Positions 51,106 to 64,000 of a stretch of DNA of 64,000 nucleotides are shown piece by piece; the stretch's first letter is position 1; every line of letters begins with the position of its first letter. Below the pieces are notes generated by a model. It worked only from the letters and a program-made list of their open reading frames with translations, had not been told where the DNA came from and searched no databases. The position numbers and the translations under genes are program-made. The stretch comes from Azolla caroliniana (Eukaryota > Plantae > Polypodiophyta), in assembly GCA_043228905.1 (NCBI GenBank), contig JBHGNT010000004.1, forward strand, positions 23,188,001 through 23,252,000, read 5' to 3'.

Positions 51106-54100
51106 CCAAGTCAAACATCTTAAACCCCACCAGTGAGGCACACATTTATACTCTATACTTAAGCATAGGAGTGAAATCTCTCTCAGTGGTTGTTTTCATT
51201 GTGATCGTTGCTAATATCGTGTTATTGTGATTTGAATTAACTCTAGTAATATTAAGATTGACTGTTAAGTTTCTATATGTTTTGCTGATTACATTTGAAA
51301 TAACGGTTTGTTAGTATGAAGATCTTATATTTGGGAAGTTCTTTGATATGAAGATTGGCTCATGAGCATTGATAAATTTGTTGCCACTTTTCAAACGTTA
51401 CCTTATCTAAGAACAAGAGTTGAACGAATTTTAGATCATTGAGCTTTGAATGGGTCATCCATGGTCATAGACTTGTCGGTTCATGGTTCATGGATCAATG
51501 AAAATCCTACACTTACAAAAGATTGCCAATCCAAGCCAAAAGTTCATCTTCATGGGAAAAAGCTTTGCTTGGCACTTTCTCCCCAAAAGATAGATAAGAA
51601 AGAATATGGTATTTTCATTGGTACGTGTGAAACATAATGACATCATAAAGACCACTTTCCACTTTAAAAGGGGCTAATTCTTTTTGCCAAACATAGTGGA
51701 CAACTACATGTAAGGATACCAATTCTAGCTTTTGTGCCTTGTCTATGACATATTTCTTTTAATATTGAAAGAAAATGATTTCTTTGTATCATTCTTAGCA
51801 CAAATCAGCATGATCATCATATAAATTCTCATGTTATGCTCATTGATAATGGAAAGAAACAAACACATAACTCTCCATATTCTCTCAATCTCTAGGGCGT
51901 ACTTCAAATTAATTACTTTTCAATCTTCTCACAGAAAATTTAATTATTCGATGCTTTCTCACATTGCATCAATGAGACCCTCTGAGAAAGACAATATCAT
52001 GAAAGCATATTTTTCTTGTGTCCACCCATTCAACAAATTGATCAATCACATGATTTGTATTTGTACGCAAAAACAAACAATAACAACTCTAAAGTCCAAG
52101 AATCAAAAACTTTGACAGACCTCTATGAAAACTAAAAGATAAATGTGCATACACAAGGACATACCAAACAAAAACATGATCCTTTTTTCTCATCTACGGG
52201 CCGTCAAAGGAAGGGAAATATAAAAGATGCCCCTTCTATCAGTATCAATGGTAATATCAGTTCTCCGGTTGGTAAAATTAAAATGATCAAATTTCCCTTC
52301 GAAAAGAGTTGGTGCAATTAATGCACTTTAGTCGTAATATATCATGATTAATCAAATTCTCTCTTATTCACTGTCAACTCACATACTTCTCTTACTAGCA
52401 ATCATGATTTGTCTCCCTCTCTGTCAAATCACCACAAACCATTGATAGCATGTACTCTTAAACATTGAGCTATATGGGTTGTCTACAATCTATTGGATAT
52501 GGGAGTAACTACATGATTTTGTTTGTTGTCATTAATAATTATGCAAAAGTCATAAATTATTTATATTTATTTCAAAAAAATGTCACGAGATAATGGTTGA
52601 CATGCGACTATCTCTTTTAGAGTTTATGGTTCCTTTTTGCTTATGAACACCACAACCACAATCATCTTGATCAACCTTAATACCAACATACGCTAACTCT
52701 ATACCATCTTGACATTTTACAATAATGTGGTGTAAGCTTCAAGTATACAAGTCTAGCCATCACAATAAGTAGTAGTCCTTAGCTATGAGAATTTTAGCAG
52801 CTCATAAATTCTAAGAACATGATCGACATTTTGAAGTTTATTTATGGAAAGGTTTCTTATGGAGATTAAAGTAAGAGAAATGTTAAGTGCAACCACTTGG
52901 ACAAAACTTTTATGTTATTTGTTTTTCATTTTTTTAGGGAAACAATAAGTTGAGAGCCACTTGCATTGAAAAGCAAAACTTTACTTGTAAAGATGGGAGT
53001 ATGTTTATAACATATGCATATGCATGTATGTATATTGTTATTATAACGTCTCATATAGAGAGTATGCCATATTGGTAAGTCATGCGACTTCATTAATTCA
53101 TGCACCTAGGTTCAAATCTCACTACATTAACTAAATTTACTATGAACAGCTTGAATTACAAGCACCATGTCCCGATTCATAAATAAACACTATTCAACGA
53201 ATGACAAGGCTACCTTGAGGCATGATGTCTTTCACAAATACTGCTCCTTGTGAATTTACACATGACTTCCCACACTATTTACAAATGTTAGTTGCATTGT
53301 TGATGTGACAAGTGGTTTGACATGTTTCTTTACACACATTCTCTTTACAGCATGAGCAAACAATGTCAAAACAACTCACCGCAAAAAAAACAAAAAAATT
53401 TATGCACCATCAACAAGGGAATAAAATTTATTATTACTTTTATCATTTTTCTCTTAAGTGGCCAAACTAATGTCAATCTTGCCATCTTGCCACAAAAGCC
53501 CAACAAAATGGTCGAAAAAAGGTGGCCATAGCTAGAACCTTGTGCTCATGTACTCTTTGTATTGTTGAAGGCATGCCAATTTGCACACACATAAGATGTG
53601 ACCGAATTTGAATGTTGGGAAACATGGTTCAAGGGAAATTGAGATGAGGGTGTAGGCAATAGAATCCCTTCATGGTCAAAGAGTGTGTCCCCACACGCAA
53701 CACACTACGTCGTGGAAACCACCCCCATATTGTGAACAATATGTCCATTCCCGTGTTTTTCTTTGATGGTTGTGCTTGGTCTCTTGGTGCATTTCTTCTT
53801 CCTTTCCATATCCAAGAAATGAGCTAGAGATGGTGTCATGCCAATTGCCCGAGAGTGCAAACCCCCTCGACAACCTAAGAACATCAAACACCAAGAGCGT
53901 GTCCGAGCTATGATGGCCACCCTAGGGGCACTAGTCCTTGGGGTACCATATTCCTTCTTAATCCTCTTGGCTTCTAGTATCGTTGAGACACGTTTGGGTT
54001 CCGATTGTGAGAGTGAATGAATGCCGATCAAACGTCCCAATGTCGTGCTTCTCTCTGGGAAAAATGACCATGTCGACTGGACACCAAATGAATCCGCAAA

Positions 54101-54147
54101 CGTTAGGACAAAATATCAAGCGGGAACCAACTTGTAAGAAGACTAGG

Positions 54148-54298
54148 CATGGAAACCATGGCAATGTAAAGAAAGATTATGCTAGAAAAGTGACCATTGG
54201 CCATGATTAGGGTTAAGAAGACAAGTCATGGAAACCATGGCAATGTAAAGAAAGATTATGCTAGAAAAGTGACCAATGGCCATGATTAGGGTTAAGAA
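54148..54298. repeat. Two copies of a ~71-bp unit, ~80 bp period
   Basis: catggaaaccatggcaatgtaaagaaag...catgattagggttaagaa occurs twice. Confidence 0.9.
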
Positions 54299-54862
54299 TA
54301 CTATGATATGAAGAAACAAGTATGCTTATTTACAAAATTACATATATATGCTTGGTGGAAGTTGAGGTCCTAAATGGAGATGAAAACTTTAAGATTAATC
54401 ACACCATTAATCACACCATTAAGCTTCTTAAAGTTTAGCAACATACTTAAGGGCCATGATTAGGGATTAAAAAGACATTATTAGTGTTTTGAAGCACATG
54501 ATTAGGGTTTGAATAACATGACTAAGAGATTGATACAAACACGGAAAAACCACAAACCATATGACAACGTAAGTCTGCCATTTCATAACATGATTAGTAA
54601 GAGACATTATAAGGGATTCATAATTAAGGGGGTATTATTAGGGGGTGCTAATCACATGATTGAAGAAAATGAGTAGGGGGTTAATAATGTGATTAAAGGC
54701 CATGATTAAGTGGGTTAATCACACGATCAAAGGGCCATTGGTAGCATATTGATAACGTGATTAAAGGACATCAGTAGCAGGTTAATAGCATGATTAGGGG
54801 ATAAATACAAAATGCTTTGATTAAGGGACATGATTAATGGAGATGTTCCTCAGGAGCTCACC

Positions 54863-55245
54863 TCTGTGTCCAAATCAGAGGATGACCAGGAGGCGGAAGT
54901 GATGGATGAAGGCACCGCGAGGGACATGGAACCATACTTTGCAAGGGATGAAGAATCGATGGCCTCAGCTGCCAAAGCAGGCGAAGATGCAGACAAGAAC
55001 CTGCTGCACTGGATGGATTCAATCAAGATCGCACGAGCCGGAAGCCGCATGATCAAACCGAGAGGCCAGCCGTCGGATTGAGGGGACATTGATGATGAAT
55101 CGACTGCTGCCTGTCCATCAGATGATGCCCTGCGAGTACATCCATGAGGGGAGGAGCTCATATCAATATGTGCAGCATCTTCAGAAGCATGGGAGGAGTT
55201 GTGGGGGGAGAAATCAGAGGTAGCCATGTCCCTGAACAGATCCAT
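54863..55245 (-). other. Candidate first coding exon (Ser-rich) of an unidentified decayed gene or transposase
   Basis: GC-richer open frame MDLFRDMATSDF...DLDTE ending at the donor-like GAG/GTGAG. Confidence 0.35.
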
Positions 55246-55600
55246 CACATTCAATCGAAGGGGGGGGGGGGGGATGGAAGGAGAAGAGAAATTAGAAAAA
55301 AAATTCCCAATTTCTTATTCTTCTTTTGTTTTGTGGCTTTTCTGTTGGCAGCTTTTTTGCACATGGAAGGGCCACCGACATACATATATATTATATACAG
55401 ACAGACAGACAGACTGAAGCAGAAGGCAGAAAAACAAAGAGGAGGAAGATACAGAAGGAAAAGGCTGTGTGAGACTGCCTGTGTAAAGTCAATGGGATTT
55501 GAACCTTGGACGTGGTGTTATTGGGCTAACACACAAACAAATAAACAAAACAAAAACATTGGTTGACACAATGCATTGAGGCGGCTGAGTATCGAACTCT

Positions 55601-56380
55601 CGAGTTCACTCAAATTCATGATGATTGTATGAGATGCCGAGTTCACTCAAATTCATGATGATTGTATGCGATGCCGAGTTCACTCACATTCATGATGATT
55701 GTATGAGATGGTTTGTAACCCCGCCAAGCCAAACAAAGACATAGAGACGGCCAAGAGGACATGTTTCTAACTTGGGTTCACTTCACTTCGATTTCGTGTC
55801 TTTCAATGGCAATGTATGAGATGGTGTGTAGCCCACCACGCCAATAAAAGACATAGAGACAGCCAAGAGGACCGATTTCTAACTTGGGTTCACTTCACTT
55901 CGATTTCGTGTCTTCCAATGGCAATGTATCAGATGGTGTGTAGCCCACCATGGCAACAAAAGACATAGAGATGGCCAAGAGGACCAATTTCTAACTTGGG
56001 TTCACTTCACTTCAATTTCGTGTCTTTCAATGGCAATGTATCAAATGGTGTGTAGCCCACCATGGCAACAAAAGACATAGAGACGGCCAAGAGGACCGAT
56101 TTCTAACTTGGGTTCACTTCACTTCGATTTCGTGTCTTTCAATGGCAATGTATCAGATGGTGTGTAGCCCACCACGACAACAAAAGACATAGAGACGGCC
56201 AAGAGGACCAATTTCTAACTTGGGTTCACTTCACTTCGATTTCATGTCTTTCAATGGCAATGTATCAAATGGTGTGTAGCCCACCAAGCCAACAAAGGCT
56301 CAATTTTCATGTCTTTCAATAGCATGTATGAGACGACGACGATCAAACTTGGGTTTCACTCAAATTCATGTTGTTTGATG
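55601..56380. repeat. Composite tandem array: 3 x 37 bp, then 5+ x 112 bp
   Basis: 37-mers start at 55601, 55638 and 55675. 112-mers start at 55701, 55814, 55926, 56038, 56150 and 56262 (partial). Confidence 0.95.
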
Positions 56381-59300
56381 CGACAACTTGAGAGAGAGAG
56401 AGAGAGAGAATGACTAACTAAGATTGAGATTGACAGACTGAGAGAATCAAGCAAACTATTTGGAGATCGTGTGAGATCGTTAGTTCAGCATACCGATATG
56501 ACATGTAATTTAAACAAAGTGATAATATGGTGCGACGAGAACGCACGAAAGCAAGGCTTTAATTTCCAAGACCTTGAGTTTGATAGTCTTAATGCACTAC
56601 ATTGTAACCACAATGCGTGAAAAATGAGGATAAATTTCCCAAGACCTTGAATTAACGGGTCTAAATAGACTATCACTAAGGTATGCCCATTATCAAAAGG
56701 AACAAGCAACACCATAGATCTTTTGTTGATCATCCAAGTAGCAGACCACATGTGTAGGTAGGCCCATTGGAAGAGACTGAGAGATGGTAAGTTGACAAAC
56801 AACCAATAAATCAGAAAAGAGTGAGGAAGTGACGGGGGTGTGACGAAATTAAGTGTGTAGTGTCTGTGTGAGTGTGCAATAAGACTCTATTATGTCACCA
56901 TTTGTGTGTGTAATGATAATATGAGAGTTTATTAAGTTTCAATAAGTTTACAAAAACACCTTCATGTGTTTAAGAATCTTCAAAATGCCCCTCCTCATTG
57001 TTTCAAGGCTCTTAAATATATACTCATCCTTCTCCCTCTCACAAAATTAGGAGCTTTTTTGCCAACTCACACTCTTTCTCTTCCATACACTCTGGGCGGC
57101 CCTACTCTTTCATCTCTTTTCGCTTTGCTAAGACTTGCACGAGGTGAAAGAGAGGCAATGATCTAGTATAATGAGCGTGAGAAGATAATTTAATATATTC
57201 AACAAATGTTTTGTGAACCACTTGGTAGTCAAACATGATTATGTGTATACATAATCATATACTTACAAATCATCTATGGTTATGTGAACATTGTGCATAT
57301 GAGGGAAAGTGAAGAAAGCATTAACATAAGAAATGCTTCCAAAGTCAAAAACACTATAGCTTATATAATGAGCACGTGGCCACAAAGCCATACTGGGCAA
57401 CCATCAAAGAAAGCAAAAACTTATTTCATGAGTTCCTCACACATGCACAAAAGTGCCAGAGTCGCACAAATCTACAAATGAATGATTGCCCACAAGCGTC
57501 ATTGTTTCTTGAGGAAACGTTAGTTAATTGGTAGCATAAGTATCTCAATGTCAATGTGTAAATGCTTTTCATAATTACCATAGATCCCTTTGCTTAAGCC
57601 TTAGTACATAACTGTAAAATTATAAACCATACGCTTTTGCAATACGCTATTTCATTTCTAATAAATTTTATTCATAATTTCTCATGTATGTAAAATTTAT
57701 GTTATCCACAATATGTGTGCATTGGAATCCCAAAAGATGGAGAATGCTCAACAAAAACAAATGTGTTTTGTTTGTGAGGACTCGTAAAACATGTTAACAT
57801 ATGACTATTGGAGTATGACACAAGAATGATAGAAATTTGAAATATTGATATATTGCAAATATGGGAATGTGAGACATGTCCATATCGCAAATTTTGAGAA
57901 CAAATTTCTTGAGAATTGCAAAGGTATATAGCATGGGAAAACACAAAATAAAACTTAGAAACTTGATACACGACCATGTTTGTAGACACCAAAATAGATG
58001 TCCCCCTAATCAATATCAAACAAAATAAAGATACCAAAAGGCATCCATCATGTCATACCTAAAGGACCTTTGTAAACTTAGATGACAAGGCAAACGCAAT
58101 ACCACAATCGAGACAACTCCATTAAAATTGAAATTCCAAAAGCTATCTTAGGAGTACATAAAATTGTAAGGCACTAAAAACCAAGAAAATATTAGTTACA
58201 ACTTACAACATTGATGTTTCCAGAAATGTCAAAAAAGGAATCAAGGGCTTTTGGAGTCTTGGACAACATTTGGTAGAAGTCAGGTTTCTCAAAAAGACTA
58301 CTTGAATTCCAAACAACATAAAGCAGACATGATGACATAAGTAACAAAAGATAGAATCATATGAGAGCCCTCAATAATTGTTCCCCAAAATCAGCTACAT
58401 ATGTAATTAGTTATCTTCTTGAGAGAAAGAATATTATTTAATATACACATTAATTTTATGCGAGAATAATTTTTAAAAAATAAATAAAATTTATGCGAGA
58501 ATAGCATAACATAGATTTGTTATCGTCCACGAGGAGGCTAAATTTGACCTACAGGACTGAATAAACATATCGTCTTATATGTGATTCCTTCCTAAGAAGA
58601 GGAGTTACTACTCTTTAGAAAAAACTCTCTATGTAAAAATAATCCTAATCTTGGTAGAGATTTGGTGTCATACTCAAATCAAAATATCCATCTTACAAGT
58701 CATCGTACTTCTCGCAAGTTACCTTACGTGCTAAGCATGAATATAAAGGAATTTCAAATTATGAAGTCTTAATTAAGAGACGAAAGATCTCTTACAAAAT
58801 TTTGGGATTCCTAGAGATCTATTGCATTACCCGAAGCTCCAAAAAATCAATACAATGAAATAGGAATTTTAGGTCTTATCAAAAGATGTCCTACCTAGCT
58901 ATTAGAATAAGGGTGCAAGGTTCTTTGAGATGGAACCATCTTCAAACATTTTGGGAGATCAATGCCATTGAAAACTTCGATGGGATTGGATCATTGCTTG
59001 ACTCTGGAAAAGAATTGAGTAGTGACAAAGCAACAAAAAAGAACATTTTTGGTAGAATTGCAGTTCTAACTTACATTTTTGTGTAAACTATTGTTTACTC
59101 CCTATGTTGTTGGACCCTCCAAGTCTTTGGATAAAGTAGATCAAGCGGATTTGAAGGCACTACCTTTAGAGAGAAAGGATTAAAGAATGAAGATTCTCTA
59201 GAGTTGGATCATGTATTCGCATTTCTCCCAAATTCCGAAAGGGTGCACAAATCCTTAAATCCACAACTTATCTCCCAAATCAAAAGCTAAGTATAGGATT

Positions 59301-59877
59301 GAGCCTATGTGAGTATTCTTCCTTCAACATCAAAGGTCATATTGTTTTCAAAGAAAAATTGCTAGCAAACATGAACTTGTACCCAAGGATTAGTCTTGTC
59401 AAGCACATCAAGGGAATGTTGAAGCAAATATCTCCCCATGTAGAAGACATATCCCTCCACGTGCTTAAAAAAATACTTAGATTGAACCGTGTATGGATCA
59501 GTGCAACCTTAAAACCATTATTAGTTGCTAGTCAATAAATGTCTATACATTAAGGATATATGATTTCTTGGTAAAAAAGCATGTAGACATAGTGTATTCC
59601 TAATACATGCACACATATGTATTATTCATTTTCCAATTTAATGTTTTTGTTTGTCTCAAAAACAAATCAACCCACATGAAAAAGGTCATGAGAAATGGAT
59701 AATGGGAGAGAGAAAGAAATATAAATATATGAACATTACAATTGATCAAACATCTCTTATGATAACACCTCTTGCAAGCTAGGCAATATACACATCTCCC
59801 TAATGATATCACATCACGCAAGCTCATGAGAATACACACCTCTCTAATGATACCACATCATGCAAGCACGTGATATA

Positions 59878-59982
59878 TGTCAGGAATAGTACTAAACAGA
59901 GAGAGAATTAGTACTAGAGAAGAGAAGTATTATTAGTACTAAGAGGACGAGACTGCGTAAGATTCCCGAAAGAGGAAGTGAG

Positions 59983-60021
<39 letters not shown>

Positions 60022-60334
60022 ATGAGAGAGAGAGAAAGATGATGACATCAGCTAATATATTATGTGAAAGATAAGTACAAAGTGGCTAAGAGGCTTAAGA
60101 CTAGCGTTGAACCAATTTGGTTCAACATAATGCCTAGTGCCCTATTTTATAGTGTTCTTAGGAATAATCCTGAAGCTTCTAGAATGTTCCAGAGAGAGCT
60201 GGAATATACATCAATTTTCTATGATAAAACATAAATGAAAATAATATCTTACGTATTACAATTCATAGTCTAATGGTAAGAGCTCGACCCATGTAGCATA
60301 AGGTCATGGGTTTGAGTCCTATCATATCATGACA
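59878..60334 (-). mobile_element. Solo LTR of the Tcn1-like family
   Basis: tgtca...tgaca with a perfect TSD ATATA. It is homologous to 17616-17703 plus 20536-20856 and has an uninterrupted (GA)n at 59988-60018. Confidence 0.93.
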
Positions 60335-60372
60335 ATATATATACTCAACTATTTTTCATGCTTGGGTAATGT

Positions 60373-63234
60373 TTTTTTTTTTTTTTCCAAAATGAAGCTA
60401 CTTTCCCATTAGTTAGGAAGGATTATTACAAAGAGACTATACAAGGAGGCTTAAATATAGATCGGGGAATCTCCCTCCGATCAAGTTAAAGAAAATGTGA
60501 CTACTTACATCGCCTTCCGGACTAACTACTTAATGTAAGTACCTACAACTAAAACAATGCCCTTCAATTATGGCTAGTACGAGACAACTCTTGGGGTCAA
60601 CAGCGAAGGGAGGGTGGTAAGTGAGCCGGAAACAGCCAATGTGGGGGCTGGTAGTTCCACCTCGGGCCACTTCCTCCTTGTGTCACCATAGGCGTGTTCC
60701 GCCATTTCTGCCAAAAGCGCAAACGGGTAGTACCCACGTCAGTGGAATGGTTGCAAACCTCGTCCAATTGCCCTCATAGACAACTAATAAGCGCAAACCA
60801 TATGTCCATGATCACTTCCTCCGGGGGCCGCACAAGATCCTGGAAGACCTTTAGGCAACGCGATTTCCATACATACCACAGGGTGAAGCCTGCGATCAGC
60901 ATCCAAATGTCCGGGGGCCTAGGGGATGTGGACTCCAAGCCTCTCTCAAATCGAATCTTGGCGATTTTGCCTCTCATGCATACGTAGCACCAACTATCTG
61001 CATTGAAGGCGTCCGTCCACCTATCAACGGAGTGATCAAGCCATGCCGCAGCACTCCACAATGTTGTTCCTTCCACTTCACATGCCGCAAGGAGGCAAGT
61101 CACTCTATCCGCATTGAAGGCGCCCGTCCACCTATCAACGGAGTGATCAAACCATGCCGCAGCACTCCACGATGTTGTTCCTTCCACTTCACATGCCACA
61201 AGGAGGCGAGTCACTCTATCCCATACCTTTTGAGCGTGAGGACAATCCCACAGACAATGCCTTAGAGTCTCAATAGGTTAATGGCAAAGTGGGTAGCCTA
61301 ACGGGCCGCCATGTTTACCTAGCCATTCGCCAACAGGAACCACATTATGATCGATTTGCCACCAAAAAAACTTTATCTTTTCCGGCAAGTGGAGACGCCA
61401 GAGACCCTTCCAAAAGGTAATGAGCACCTCATCAGGGATGCCCAATGTACGCCAACCATTGCATAAGGGGCCGTCTAGCTGCAGTTGAAAAGTCTGACCC
61501 AGTTTAGTGTTATACTCAAAGAAATGACGAAATCTGCCATCATGTTTCCACCTGGAATCCCCTAGGTCCCATTCTAGTTCGACGAGGGGACGACAACCAT
61601 ATACCCATAACTTCCAATGGGGTTCCACCTTAGCAACATCTGGGTTTGTCTTCCAGATGTTACCAACCTGCGCCACCACGCAGATTGGGTGCTAAGAGCC
61701 CCTACTTTGAGTCTCCCCAAAAATCCTATCTCTTCTCGATCCGCTCACGCCCTTCAACGCCTTAACCCTTCCAGCCTCATCAAAGAGACCGAACCAAGCA
61801 TCTTCTCTCACCTCCCCCATCGGAACCCTATCAACTGCCTCAGCTATCAATCTCCGCATTTTCATGGCTCCCTTGAGGGGAGGGAATGGGACCTCCTGGG
61901 CTCCTCCTAAAGCCATCGTGCGTCTCCAATAATCTAAAGAGTGAAGCTCTGTTTGCACCAGCTTTCCCCATGCTAGGCCCTTAAGCTGGCCTAACATCAT
62001 GTCGTCACTTGTTTCCACCTGAGGGTTCCAAAATAATGGTTGTCTAGACCACTCGATTAGCGTCTCCGGCATGTGCTTGACCAAATGATGTCGTACGTGA
62101 CACCATGCCCACAAGATGGAGTTCGTGACCCTCTCCTCCGGAAGACAAGCCATCTTGGGTGGGACTCCACGCGTGCAACACCAATTCAAGGAGTCGGGCC
62201 AAGGCCTACCATACTTGGGAGTCCCTGCCTGCAACCTATTGCGAAGTAGAACCTTCCAACACCCCTTACCTGGCAGGAGGCAGCGAACCACCATTTTGGC
62301 TAGCAATGATCAGCTCTTCATTAAGGGGTCTATGAGGCCAAGCCCCCCTTTGGCCCGCAGTTCTGTTAACCAATGCCATGACACTCTGGCGGAAGCCATC
62401 GGGTTGTCCTTACCTGACCATATAAACCCCCTGATGGCAGCCTTAATCACGTGCAAGCCTGAAGGGTCCATAATCCAGCACGGGACTGAGTGCCACATGG
62501 TGGCGAGCATCACTTGGTTCGCAATAAGAACCCTACCAACGAAAGATAGTTTAGACAGGCTCCATTGGTTCAACTTCTTGCTTAGTTTGGCTTGCACATG
62601 GGACAATTGCGCTCCCTTGGGGATTGCCCTCCCCATCGTAAATATGAGGTACTTGAATGTCGTCCCATCAGGGACCCATGCAAAATCAGGATGGGGATGC
62701 CACCTTGGCTTCTCTTGTTCACTGAACCAGAGGTCTTGGGTTTTATCCCAATTGATCTTGGCACCAGTAGCCTGACAAAAGTCTTCAACAAGATGTTCAG
62801 CTCGCTGCAAATTTGCATCATCGCCCTGCAAGAAAAGGACCGTATCGTCAGCATATTCAGATAACAGAAGATCCTCAGTCACATTGGGGATGGGCGATCC
62901 CCTCATTTCGTTGCTTGGTGCATGTAAGTAGGCCGAGAAAGCCTCGGTTACAAATAGATAGAGATATGGGGCTAGGGGACAACCTTGCCTCACTGAGCAA
63001 TGTATGTAGTTGGAAGGCGGGGCCCCAAGCACCAGATACCAACACGCTACTGGTAGCAGTCCGATAGAGTGTAGAAATGCAATTCCTCCATTGCGGGGGA
63101 AGGCCCATAGCTCTCATCACTCTTTCCAAAAAGGGCCATAACACCCTATCGTAGGCCTTCTCAAAGTCTAACATCAAAATAGCCGAGCTCGATGTGGTGC
63201 GATCTGCCAATGCCATAACTTCCCAGAGAAGCAG
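60373..63234 (-). mobile_element. L1-clade LINE 3' half with 3' UTR and poly(A), same family as 6940-12630; cut by an LTR insertion
   Basis: LDFEKAYD, QGCPLAP and EYADD. A T-run at 60373-86 and a 111-bp in-frame duplication at 61000-61221. Confidence 0.95.
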
Positions 63235-64000
63235 TGTTGCCGATTGGGAACATGGACTGCGGTTAGTCCTTCGATCTAGACCTCCAAGTGGGTGTGGAAC
63301 AACGAATAGGCGTCTAAGCGTAATGCGTAGGGGAATGTTCCCTGTAACCTATCAGTGTATAAGGGAGACGGCTACAACCAAATCCTTAGCAAGGGTTACA
63401 CTTACGTTCTTACATGCTCAGGTCTTCAAGACACACACACTGGATTAGCCGTAGCTATACACAGAGAATCAAAGAAGATAGAATTCTATTATGAGACGTT
63501 TCTTACATTCCCAAAATTACACGCTCCCCCTATCAGAGGTTTTCTGCCCTTTATATACGCAGGGTCTATTTAGCTGTTCACGCTTCCTGCATGAACCGTT
63601 ACATGCGTTATGATCTTATATTATTTCTTATTCCTATGCTCTTGTTCGTCGGTTACTATTCCGGCGGACAACACCTGGCACGCCTGTGGGACAGTGCCCT
63701 GGCACGTCGGACCCATCCCGTTAATCCTCTTCCAAAATGGCCCGGATGTTTGGGTCTGTTGCGGTGTCCACGTCCGGAGGTGACGTAGGGCCCGTAGGTG
63801 CATCGTGGTGTGGCTCCCCTGTTTGGTCGGGCTCGTTTCTCCCGGAGTCGCAGTCGTCGTGAGTGGGCGGTCCGGGTACGGTGGGCTCTTCTTGAGCTAG
63901 TGGGTTGGGCTCCGCCGTTGTCGTGCTTGCAGTCGGCTGCGGCTCTGCCTCCATTGTTACATCCTCCGTGGTGTCGGCCGTTTTTGTACGTTCCGGGGAG
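63235..64000. mobile_element. LTR retrotransposon end: LTR 63235-63673, tRNA-Arg-like PBS 63676-63692; runs off the window
   Basis: tgttg...caaca followed by cc-TGGCACGCCTG-TGGGAC. It interrupts the L1 RT. Orientation signals conflict. Confidence 0.75.

Noticed and set aside
54200-54830. Interstitial telomere repeats (ttaggg)
   Set aside because: Only isolated hexamers within the catgattaggg motif, with no tandem TTTAGGG.
55601-56380. CRISPR-like array
   Set aside because: Units are full tandem copies with no unique spacers, there are no cas genes, and the context is eukaryotic.

Overview
This is eukaryotic, almost certainly land-plant DNA (the mix of transposon lineages suggests a moss, liverwort, lycophyte or fern). 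The window is nearly all nested retrotransposon sequence and contains no intact host gene. L1-clade LINEs: five copies, one near full length and one with a poly(A) tail. RTEX-like LINEs: two families, with every clear copy sitting in a (GA)n tract. Ty3/Gypsy: a three-deep nest in which a Tcn1-like chromovirus (-) holds an iMet-primed chromovirus (+, 21580-36000), which in turn holds a GC-rich, tRNA-Trp-primed, fungal-like element with a 4-bp TSD (+, 27813-35117). Also present are two degenerate relatives of that Trp element, an intact and very young Ty1/Copia (36380-41868), several solo LTRs, tandem arrays and unidentified exon-like remnants. The most notable signals are: (1) a likely -1 ribosomal frameshift between protease and RT in the Trp-primed element; (2) a tRNA-like A/B-box module inside an LTR family; (3) RTEX LINEs landing in microsatellites carried by LTRs; (4) a PPT-LTR template-switch scar in a 5' LTR; (5) an acidic repeat ORF in a Gypsy relative; (6) an LTR whose tRNA-Arg PBS points opposite to its apparent promoter and ORF. 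All coordinates and mismatch counts were read by eye.
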